A stretch of 64,000 bases of DNA from a virus (lineage: Duplodnaviria > Caudoviricetes): positions 1-64,000 of the IMG/VR virus record IMGVR_UViG_3300027798_000027; one strand, 5' to 3'. The position numbers and the translations under genes were made by a program. Shown here piece by piece: positions 17,662 to 26,153 of the stretch. Every line of letters begins with the position of its first letter. The stretch's first letter is position 1. The notes beneath the pieces were generated by a model. The model ran no database searches. It was not told where the DNA came from and saw only the letters and a program-made list of their open reading frames with translations.

Positions 17662-18126
17662 ATGAGCGAAGCAATGTTACAGGAGCAGTTATCTGTTCCG
17701 TATAATCCCAACCTACTTGTAACCTACAAGGCTATACCTGACACTTACGCCGCACCTGAAAGCCCTACATTCATGACTGATAAGGTTACTCAAATTGAAT
17801 GGGATCTCCATGTTGGACGAACAAATGCAGGAATTGCTGCTAACCGTTCTAGAGACATTGCATGGCTTGAAGATCAAATTCCTGAATGGTATGACCCAAA
17901 CTATTCTAAAGAAGAAGTTTTAAAAGCGCTAGCACATCGCTTTGAGATTAATCCTATGAAACAAATGAGTGTATACGGTACTGTTACATTCAGTGGAACT
18001 ATTAGCATCCCATTGGATGAGATTGAAGACTTTGATCTAAGCAGTGTAACGATTGATGCAGAAGTAAGTTCATATGACTATGAAGCAGATCTTACAGTGG
18101 ATGATGTTTCACTTGAAGAGAATTAA
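17662..18126 (+). CDS. Acidic early hypothetical protein
   Basis: ORF track 17608-18126; SD AAAGGA favours ATG 17662. Confidence 0.65.
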   Translation: MSEAMLQEQLSVPYNPNLLVTYKAIPDTYAAPESPTFMTDKVTQIEWDLHVGRTNAGIAANRSRDIAWLEDQIPEWYDPNYSKEEVLKALAHRFEINPMKQMSVYGTVTFSGTISIPLDEIEDFDLSSVTIDAEVSSYDYEADLTVDDVSLEEN

Positions 18127-18185
18127 TATTTGATAGGGGGCTATCAAAACTGGCGACGGTACAGCCAGTATAAATAAGGGGCCAA

Positions 18186-18212
18186 GGACCTGAGCACGTC
18201 CCAAAACGGCTC
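18186..18212 (+). ncRNA. Conserved 3'-UTR H-type pseudoknot, copy 4
   Basis: GGAC-CT-GAGCA-C-GTCC-CAAAAC-GGCTC. Confidence 0.7.
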
Positions 18213-18350
18213 CACCTCTTTGCAAAAAACTCGGGGGGCCTGAAATGTCCGTTTTGTACCATTTAAGAAGATTAAACCATTTTCCCCAGTCCTAGTTGAC
18301 ATTGGCTGCCATGTCTGATAAACTTAGTTAAAACAACCGAAAGGATAAAA

Positions 18351-19367
18351 ATGGCTCATGATTTAGAAACTCAAAATGGCGTAGCAAGTTTTGCCTCATT
18401 TAGAGAACCTGCTTGGCATAATCTTGGCACAGTATTTGATACTGAAAAAAATACAAGTGAAATGCTTGTTGCTGCTAATCTTAATAATTGGAATGTTAGA
18501 CTAGAGGATTTAGAAATCCCCACCAGTCTAGTATCTGATAAGCAATACCAGTATGTTGTTCGCACTAACCCTACTGATAAATCTCAAACTGATGTTTTGG
18601 GAATTGTTGGGCAGCGTTATGTCCCGCTACAAAATGAGGATTTATTTGCCTTTGGCGATAACATTCTTGATGGTGGTGGGCGTTGGGAAACCGCTGGTTC
18701 AATTAGTGGTGGGCGTGTGGTATTTGGCTCTCTTGCATTAGAGCGTGAAACCGTATTAGACCCTAATGGCGTTGCTGATGTTGTAAAGACTTATTTACTC
18801 ATCAACACTTCACATGATGGTTCAATTGCTATTCAAGCAAGCATAACACCTGTTCGTGTTGTGTGTGCTAATACTCTTAATGTTGCACTTAACCGCACTA
18901 AGAAAAAAGATGGCGTAAAGCAATCTTTCAAAATCCGTCATACCCAAACCGCTGAGGGCAAAATCGCTGTTGCTCGTCAGGCACTGGGCATGGCTAACGC
19001 TTACATGACTGAGTTTGATAAGATGGCTCATGCTATGATAGCAAAAGAAATCTCCGCAAAAGATTTCAACGATATTATTCTTGCTGCTTATCCTAAGCCT
19101 GAATTAGATACTAAGGGCGCAGTAAAGAAATGGGAAAACAAGGTAGATATGATTAACGATATCTATACTGGTGAGTTTAACGGAATGATTAGTGGTAATG
19201 CTTGGGGTGCGTTCAATGCGCTAACTGAGCGTTTAGACTGGTATCGCACTTCCCGTAGTGCAAATGGCGAAAGCATGTTTGCTGCTGCTAGTGGATTTGA
19301 CCCTGCTACCAATGCAGAAAAAAATCGTTTGCTAAGTATTGTTCAAAATACTTTACAAATAGTTTAA
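18351..19367 (+). CDS. DUF932 family phage/plasmid-like protein (TIGR03299-type)
   Basis: MAHDLE...REPAWHNLG...ETAGSISGGRVVF...SHDGS...TPVRVVCANTL...IRHT. Confidence 0.85.
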   Translation: MAHDLETQNGVASFASFREPAWHNLGTVFDTEKNTSEMLVAANLNNWNVRLEDLEIPTSLVSDKQYQYVVRTNPTDKSQTDVLGIVGQRYVPLQNEDLFAFGDNILDGGGRWETAGSISGGRVVFGSLALERETVLDPNGVADVVKTYLLINTSHDGSIAIQASITPVRVVCANTLNVALNRTKKKDGVKQSFKIRHTQTAEGKIAVARQALGMANAYMTEFDKMAHAMIAKEISAKDFNDIILAAYPKPELDTKGAVKKWENKVDMINDIYTGEFNGMISGNAWGAFNALTERLDWYRTSRSANGESMFAAASGFDPATNAEKNRLLSIVQNTLQIV

Positions 19368-19373
19368 CAATAA

Positions 19374-19400
19374 AATCCTGAGCAAGATTTAAAACTGCTC
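19374..19400 (+). ncRNA. Conserved 3'-UTR H-type pseudoknot, copy 5
   Basis: AATC-CT-GAGCA-A-GATT-TAAAAC-TGCTC, 4 nt before tRNA-Asp. Confidence 0.75.
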
Positions 19401-19404
19401 CGCT

Positions 19405-19478
19405 GGTCCCATAGATCAATTGGTTAGATCGTTACCCTGTCACGGTAGAGGCTACGGGTTCAAGTCCCGTTGGGATCG
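19405..19478 (+). tRNA. tRNA-Asp(GTC)
   Basis: GGTCCCA/TGGGATC acceptor, TTACC-CTGTCAC-GGTAG anticodon arm, GGTTCAAGTCC T-arm; no encoded CCA. Confidence 0.95.
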
Positions 19479-19592
19479 CAAGTGCCCGAGTATAACATTT
19501 TTGTTATAATTGTATTACGTTGACATAAGATTTTTCCCATTTTCTCATTACGGATAGTTGACATTTTTCCCATTTTGTAGGATAATTAATTC

Positions 19593-20176
19593 ATGACCAC
19601 AACTAACAAACCACTAACTATAGACGGCCTAATAATGAATATATATGAGGACAACTCTGAACATTTTGACTTTATATATAGCATGAATAATGGAGATTGC
19701 GATTGTTATCTTCACCTTGCGATGAATTTGATTAAGGAGTATGATAGATAATGCTAGGTTATACATATAAGGATATACAAGCATTTGGTAATAGTTTAAC
19801 TTGGGCTATTGATACCGCCAAAAACCAGGGGGATGAACAAAACTATAAACAATTACTAATAGTATGGGACTTCTTTGAAGGCTTGTTAGCAGAAGGTTAT
19901 ATAGATGAAAACACATACTATGGGTAATGTGGCTACGTTGTTATATGCCTGCTTTGATTGTGGCTCTGAGGCTACCCTGGAGCAATTGGACTATGACCAA
20001 AACTGCAGTGACTGTGCTGAACAGAGAGAGTTGGATAAGCAATGACTGATATGGTTGCCGTGCATTACTGGTCAGATATGGCCAACCTTGATCACGCATC
20101 ACAAGTAGAACTATTTAACTTCTGTGCCTGTGAAGAGCAAGATTACTTCCCATACGATGACTGTCCTGTGGTGTAG
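19593..20176 (+). other. Run of four or five very short, translationally coupled early ORFs (first 19593-19751)
   Basis: Overlapping stop/start codons behind TTGACA...TAGGAT/GATAAT promoter; products unknown. Confidence 0.5.
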
Positions 20177-20252
20177 ATCACATCTATATACCTTGCAAAA
20201 GTCCACACATTTTGCTAGAATTGTATTAAGAACCTAGAGAAAGAGACCCACA

Positions 20253-20789
20253 TTGCATACGCTCCATTGGATAGCAACAAAAGCAAAAGATAGACAAGAG
20301 GCCTTTGACATCGTCACTGTTAGTCTTATGAAAAACTCAGACGGAAACCATATGGCTGATTGGTCAGACTGGCATGTCGTAGGTGGTGGCCGCTGGTCAG
20401 ATAGTTCCTATGAAAACTCTTCTGACATGATTATTTCATATGCTGAGAAGCCTGATGAGTTCAAGAAAACAATAGAAGACATCAAGCGCTATCGCATTAA
20501 CTACATGAACGATAAACTTATTAAACTTGATACTGCGTTTGATAACCTTAAATCAGATGTCGTTGATTATATTAGTAATGATTGTAAACTACACGATAAG
20601 CGACAGTTTGATTTTTCTCGCTGGGAAATCACGGAAGCAATAAATATGCTTAACAGTATCTGGACCTGTGATAGTTCCTTCTTTGACCATAATGAATTTA
20701 CATCTAGCCTGCAGTATCTTGAAGAGCGCCTTGACAAACCTGAAGAGGCTGCGCTACAATATCTAGTACCTGTAGACTTCCACTTCTAA
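20253..20789 (+). CDS. Early hypothetical protein
   Basis: WSDWHVVGGGRW motif; ends VPVDFHF. Confidence 0.7.
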   Translation: MHTLHWIATKAKDRQEAFDIVTVSLMKNSDGNHMADWSDWHVVGGGRWSDSSYENSSDMIISYAEKPDEFKKTIEDIKRYRINYMNDKLIKLDTAFDNLKSDVVDYISNDCKLHDKRQFDFSRWEITEAINMLNSIWTCDSSFFDHNEFTSSLQYLEERLDKPEEAALQYLVPVDFHF

Positions 20790-20797
20790 GGAGAGCC

Positions 20798-21256
20798 ATG
20801 AATGACTTTATAGAACTTACAGAGGAAACTTGGTTTGATACATTCAAGCCATTGCCAAACCTTATAGATCCTGATGCCTCATTTAGTGATGGGGAGAATG
20901 GCTATATGTTTGAAACATATGGTAAAGAGTTAGAGTTTGTCAAAGCCCAAGACCCTAATAGGATATGGACTTATTGTGATGGAGATGTTAGCGGTACCTA
21001 TATATTTCAGGGTATGCGTATAGTTAATAGGATTGGGTACTTTGTAACTACCGTGCCCTTTGATGGTGGTAAGGACTATCAGATACAGATCAGCAAGGAA
21101 GATATCTACGAATGCTCTAACTGTGGTGAGATGTGGGAAGATGAAATGGCTGCCCTACATTATGACAAGTTTGAGGATTTGGAAAAATGCGCTGGTTGTG
21201 CTACAGTAGAGGAACTTAAGGAACTAGAAGAAATGGAGAACCACACTCTTGGCTAA
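20798..21256 (+). CDS. Hypothetical protein with C-terminal Zn ribbon
   Basis: FETYGKELEFV...RIVNRIGYFVT; CSNC...CAGC. Confidence 0.65.
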   Translation: MNDFIELTEETWFDTFKPLPNLIDPDASFSDGENGYMFETYGKELEFVKAQDPNRIWTYCDGDVSGTYIFQGMRIVNRIGYFVTTVPFDGGKDYQIQISKEDIYECSNCGEMWEDEMAALHYDKFEDLEKCAGCATVEELKELEEMENHTLG

Positions 21257-21406
21257 ATGGGAAATAGAAGTAATCTTTGAACCAACAGGTACTTATATGA
21301 ATTTTGAATATGAGACTGACAATGAAGACGAAGACAGCATTTTTGACGAGGTAGCAAACCAACTATCAATCGTACCATTTCTAGTAGAAAAGAATGAGGA
21401 AGAGTA

Positions 21407-21778
21407 ATGGGAGCACGTTGTACATTTGTTTTTAAACAGTCAGAGGATCTTGGTGTAGCGCTGTACAGTCACTGGGGTGAGGACGGGATGTACAAAGATC
21501 TAGCAATGGCTCTGCAGCATGCTGCTCCACGCAAAGGGGACAATGAATACTACGTCCGCATGGCTATTAGTTACTTGATGCAAGATGCTATCTTGGAGGA
21601 AACAGGGTTTGGTATCTATGCATGCAATCCTAATGATCTAGGGGGGGCGTCCCATCCAATATTAATTGATCTTACAGATAATACTATTAGTCATGATGGT
21701 GTAGACCACAAAGACATTGATAGTTTTATTAGTTATAATTTGCCCAGCGGTATCCTTTCTACCGTGGGGGCCTCATAA
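21407..21778 (+). CDS. Conserved phage hypothetical protein (MGxR...LYxHW family)
   Basis: MGARCTFVF...VALYSHWG. Confidence 0.65.
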   Translation: MGARCTFVFKQSEDLGVALYSHWGEDGMYKDLAMALQHAAPRKGDNEYYVRMAISYLMQDAILEETGFGIYACNPNDLGGASHPILIDLTDNTISHDGVDHKDIDSFISYNLPSGILSTVGAS

Positions 21779-21870
21779 GCGGAGGTAGGGTCACCTCTCG
21801 CTAAAGATAGGGGGAGGCACAGGTTTGTGGTGGGCTTGTGCTTCCCCACACTTTTTGATAGAATTGGGGT

Positions 21871-22104
21871 ATGGGGTTTATGCGTAGGTCTATTAGGCTG
21901 GGAATAAGTAAAGAGGAAAAGGTTGCTGGCAGGATTACTACCTTGCTATCTGACTTTACTCTTGACTTAGAAGCCATAGGATTTTATTTAGCAAAGGGTT
22001 CTCCTCATATTATTTATTCAAGGGCTAACGAAGTATTAGAAGCCATGCAGTATAATAAAGAAGTAGATCAATTAGATAGAGGGGTTTATCATGATACAAG
22101 GTAA
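21871..22104 (+). CDS. Hypothetical protein
   Basis: Leaderless (TAGAAT 6 nt upstream). Confidence 0.6.
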   Translation: MGFMRRSIRLGISKEEKVAGRITTLLSDFTLDLEAIGFYLAKGSPHIIYSRANEVLEAMQYNKEVDQLDRGVYHDTR

Positions 22105-22357
22105 TACTTTTGAAAACAAGATAACTATTCTTGCTGAGTTGTGGATGAACTATCGTGATGATAATGAGTTAAATGATTTTATAGAATACAATGATATTGG
22201 TTTGCCATTGGCCTATTTACTAATGAACGACATTGTTCTGCCAACTTTGCAATCTAGTGTGTATATAGATGAAACCTATAATTTATTAATTGCTTCTCTT
22301 ACTGTTGAGGATAGAGAGTGGAAAAGCCTTGATGAATTGCTAGGCGACCAGGGATAG
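22091..22357 (+). CDS. Hypothetical protein
   Basis: 88-aa ORF with SD. Confidence 0.6.
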   Translation: MIQGNTFENKITILAELWMNYRDDNELNDFIEYNDIGLPLAYLLMNDIVLPTLQSSVYIDETYNLLIASLTVEDREWKSLDELLGDQG

Positions 22358-22495
22358 CGCTGCCCCCTCGGGTAAAATCATATCAAACCACCACAAATAG
22401 GACATCCTTTTTTCCTATAAGACATTAAGAACCCTTTCAAAAAAATCCCAGATCGTGGGAGATTACGTAGCGTAGAATATTTTCCAGATTCATAG

Positions 22496-24033
22496 CAAAC
22501 CTTCAAACCTTCCTATATCAAACCTTCAAACCTTTATATCTCAAACCTTTCTGTCCAGAGTATGTATGTATCTTATACTGGGAGTATGGGTATATCTTTT
22601 TATCCCCGCCGTTTTTGTATCCCCGCCCAGCGCTGAATCACAGTACTATTAGACATTACGAGGCGGGGATTTAAATCCACAAATTATTAAAACTTTCCCT
22701 ATAGTTATCAAACCTTTCTAGATTTTTTGCTGGTGTTTTAAAAGATTTTATAACTTTTTTGTTATGTTTTTATAGGGGTTTTTAGGCTATGAAGGTTTGA
22801 CAAACCAGGATATTGGGGGTATAATGCATGCGGGATATGCAGGATAGAAAGGTTTGGAAGGTTTGGGGATAGGGAGGTTTGGCCGCCAGAGGATTACGAC
22901 GCCATCTATAAAATCGCTCAATCACCCACTATCCTCCACTTTCCTCCACCTAGACCAAATATAAAAAATATCAGTAAGATTTATTTAGATTAAAAGATAG
23001 TGTATACTGATTGTATGGTTATTTTAAGGGGGCAATAAAGTGTATAAAGTTATAGATAATTTTCTTCCAAACGCTTATGCAAATATTTTAGAAGAAATGT
23101 TTAAATCAGAAGTTAATTGGCATTGTTTAGAAAACAAGACTGGGGTTAACGAAGAGAATACAAAAAATCTTAAACATTATAAAACACCAGGGGCAGACTA
23201 TAGCGGTCTTCAATATGGGTTTACTCATTCTGCTCTTGACAAATTAGGCAATAGATCAATTTTTTTTGAAAAGATTTTACCAATGTTGTATTTTGTGGAA
23301 GAAAAAGCCAATATTGAAGTAAAAGAAATTAGTAGAATTAGGCTAGGATTAAGTGTTTCTACAGGAAAAGAAGTTCAACATTATCCACATGTAGATGAAC
23401 ATGAACCACACTATGTTCTTTTGTATTATGTAAATGATAGCGATGGAGACACCTTTATGCTTAATGAAATGTATCAAGAAGGGGTAGATCCAAAAGATTT
23501 TACAGTAAAAGAAAGAGTTACTCCTAAAAAAAATAGAGCAGTAATATTTGATGGTTTAAGATATCATCACTCCAGCAACCCAGTAAACAATTCTTTAAGG
23601 TTTGTTGTTAATATAAACTTTATATAAAATCGCAGGGTATCAAACCATCGCCCTGGCTCCATGTTGCCAAACCTTCCTATGGGGATATCAGGCACATTCT
23701 GTGTCAGGCATATGGGGGATACAAGGTTTGTTATTCTATTAGGGGTTATGGGGATACTTTTGGCTTCCCCGCAAAAATAGGATACTAACCGCTATTGCCC
23801 TCTTAGGGCATTGAAAGGTTTGATAGTCCTATTTTTCGCCTTGCTTTTTTCGCCGAAATTTGGTATGATGGATATATGACAAATGAAGAAATAGCAGACC
23901 TATTAAATAAAGCATCTTATAAGATTTGGGACACCGCCAAAGTAATGAAAAACCAAGACTATCACGATGGTGTGGTTAAGGGTCTTAAGATGGCATCTAA
24001 CATTGTTTCTAAACTATGATGGATACAAACCTT
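22496..24033. repeat. Field of CAAACCTT/AAGGTTTG octamers, iteron-like (candidate origin)
   Basis: Direct copies at 22496, 22504, 22519, 22527, 22542, 22709, 23668, 24026; inverted at 22792, 22849, 22858, 23723, 23815. Confidence 0.8.
23040..23627 (+). CDS. 2OG-Fe(II) oxygenase
   Basis: PHVD (HxD), LLYYVNDSDGDT, NRAVIFDG..YHHS, RFVVNIN. Confidence 0.85.
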   Translation: MYKVIDNFLPNAYANILEEMFKSEVNWHCLENKTGVNEENTKNLKHYKTPGADYSGLQYGFTHSALDKLGNRSIFFEKILPMLYFVEEKANIEVKEISRIRLGLSVSTGKEVQHYPHVDEHEPHYVLLYYVNDSDGDTFMLNEMYQEGVDPKDFTVKERVTPKKNRAVIFDGLRYHHSSNPVNNSLRFVVNINFI

Positions 24034-24225
24034 ACTTGGGCAGAAGAGGATGTTAATCTTTGGAAGGGTTGGACCTTTAGCCCTGAAAAAAATAGATACT
24101 ACTTTAATGATATTGGCAATGAGTCTCTTGCAGCCTTTTGGGCAGATAATTTTTTGAATCAGGCGTATGAGTAAAGATATTGTTGATCTAGCCATTTCAA
24201 TGACAGAGATGATACAATAATGGAT

Positions 24226-24987
24226 ATGATTATACAAATTATGGGGTTGCCTGGATCTGGCAAAACAGAATTAGCAAAAGCCTTAAAAGAACGAATTAAC
24301 GCTATTCATCTCAATGCAGATGAAGTACGTGCTACAGTTAACTCTGATCTTGGATTTACTCTAGAAGATCGTATAGAGCAGGCAAGACGCATGGGTGAGA
24401 TAGCAAGACTTATATCTAAGCAAGGAGTTGCTCCAGTAATTGTTGACTTTGTTTGTCCAACAAAAGAAACTCGTGAAGCATTTGGTAAGCCAAATATTTT
24501 TATTTGGATGAACACAATTTCTGAAGGTAGATTTGAAGATACAAATAAAGTGTTTGAAAAACCTGATAACTTTGATATTATTTTTGATTCACATCAAATG
24601 GATCAAAATCAAAAAGCATCTTATGTAATTAAAAAATTTAGTTTACATGACTGGTCAGCACCGACAACACTAATGCTTGGTAGATACCAGCCTTGGCACG
24701 AAGGCCATCATGCTCTTTACAGAGAAGCAGGAAAGAGAACTGATCAAGTTCTGCTTGGAGTTCGTAATACATACAACACTACTGAAAAAGATCCACTTAA
24801 GTTTGATCAGGTAAAAGAATATATTGCCAAAGATGAATTGATGGATGGAGCATTAGTATTAAGACTACCGAACATTACCAACATTATTTATGGTCGTGAT
24901 GTAGGATATAAAATTGAGCAAGTGGATTTGGGGGCAGACATTCATGCTATTTCGGCTACGCAAAAACGCAAAGAAATGGGTATTTAA
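24226..24987 (+). CDS. cysC: Adenylyl-sulfate (APS) kinase fused to a HIGH-motif nucleotidyltransferase-like domain
   Basis: GLPGSGKT, LNADEVR, DLGFTLEDRIEQARR, FEKP; C-terminal GRYQPWHEGH...ISATQKR. Confidence 0.8.
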   Translation: MIIQIMGLPGSGKTELAKALKERINAIHLNADEVRATVNSDLGFTLEDRIEQARRMGEIARLISKQGVAPVIVDFVCPTKETREAFGKPNIFIWMNTISEGRFEDTNKVFEKPDNFDIIFDSHQMDQNQKASYVIKKFSLHDWSAPTTLMLGRYQPWHEGHHALYREAGKRTDQVLLGVRNTYNTTEKDPLKFDQVKEYIAKDELMDGALVLRLPNITNIIYGRDVGYKIEQVDLGADIHAISATQKRKEMGI

Positions 24988-25032
24988 AGTCTGGAATTTT
25001 ATAACCAAGCCTAACAATATGGAGTGGCCGTC

Positions 25033-25239
25033 ATGAATGTAACCAAACAAAGATCAGCAGTAAAGGCTATTGTTTGGCGTTGCATTGGCACAGCAGATAC
25101 TTTTGTCATTTCATGGTGGATAACTAAAGAACCCATTACAGCAGGAGCAATTGCAAGTTTTGAGGTAGTTACAAAAACAATTCTTTATTACTTTCATGAG
25201 CGTGGATGGAACAAGGTTAAATGGGGGAGGGTTAAATGA
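25033..25239 (+). CDS. DUF2061 family small membrane protein
   Basis: RSAVKAIVWR...TKTILYYFHERGW. Confidence 0.8.
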   Translation: MNVTKQRSAVKAIVWRCIGTADTFVISWWITKEPITAGAIASFEVVTKTILYYFHERGWNKVKWGRVK

Positions 25240-25967
25240 AAAAAATAATTAAAAAAAATATTTTTAATAAAAAAGAAAAAAGAGTTTTAAGTTACGAATC
25301 TAATATTGAAACCTATTTAAATCCAATAATACCAGCAAAAAGAGTTATTCCAGATTGGTATAAAAAAATACCACAATGGCTTGATAATAAAATGTTTAAT
25401 GATAATTTTACAATTAGGCCAACCGTAAAACTATGTGTGCCATTTTTAGATGCCTTGTCTATTGGTTATGTAATTACTCTTCCCTTTGACTTATACATTA
25501 AAGAAAATGATGGAGTCCCAACTATTATATGGCCAAGTAATGCAGAAAGGTTTTCAGATCCTAGAGGCGAGGTAGCAAACGAAAAACTTGTTCCAACTGG
25601 ACATTATTCTATTGAGTTTCTTTGGCATCCCTGGGCTGCTTATACTGTTCCAAAAGGATATAGTATTTTATTTACTCATCCATTAAATAGAAATGATTTG
25701 CCATTTACAACCTTAAGTGGAGTAATTGATGGAGGGTTGGTAATGTCTCCTCAAGGAAATATTCCATTTTATCTTAAAAAAGGATTTACTGGACTTATTG
25801 AACAAGGAACGCCAATAGCACAATTAATACCATTTCGTCAAGAAAACTGGAACTCAAAAGAAATAAAAGGTCTGTTAAAAATTGGAAAAATGAATTATGA
25901 TTCTTCTAACTCTGTGTTTAGGGGATGGTATAAAAAAACATTTTGGACAAAAAAAGAATATAACTAA
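25236..25967 (+). CDS. DUF6065-like / dUTPase-fold-like accessory protein (paralogue 3)
   Basis: PDWY, KLCVPFLDALSIGY, VPKGYS, LSGVIDG, GTPIAQLIPF. Confidence 0.6.
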   Translation: MKKIIKKNIFNKKEKRVLSYESNIETYLNPIIPAKRVIPDWYKKIPQWLDNKMFNDNFTIRPTVKLCVPFLDALSIGYVITLPFDLYIKENDGVPTIIWPSNAERFSDPRGEVANEKLVPTGHYSIEFLWHPWAAYTVPKGYSILFTHPLNRNDLPFTTLSGVIDGGLVMSPQGNIPFYLKKGFTGLIEQGTPIAQLIPFRQENWNSKEIKGLLKIGKMNYDSSNSVFRGWYKKTFWTKKEYN

Positions 25968-26152
25968 AATTTATAGTCTAATTTAATATTAAAGGATACT
26001 TCACACTTTTTACAGTATGCAGTAGGACTATCTTTTGTATGATAGGTAGTTGATACCAAGAATACCAAACCTTCTTTATGCATATCCACATACTTAGGAT
26101 CTACAAAACCATATAGTAGTGGGATTAGTTTGTTATTGCAATGCGGACACAT
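25964..26152 (-). CDS. Small Zn-finger protein
   Basis: CPHC...LYG...CKKC. Confidence 0.55.
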   Translation of the reverse strand: MCPHCNNKLIPLLYGFVDPKYVDMHKEGLVFLVSTTYHTKDSPTAYCKKCEVSFNIKLDYKF

Positions 26153-26153
26153 A

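Noticed and set aside
14271-19400. Hammerhead or HDV/theta ribozyme identity for the pseudoknot motif
   Set aside because: Lacks the CUGAnGA/GAAA three-stem core (copy 1 has CTGGAC) and the nested double pseudoknot of HDV-like ribozymes; nothing ribozyme-like follows the tRNA 3' ends
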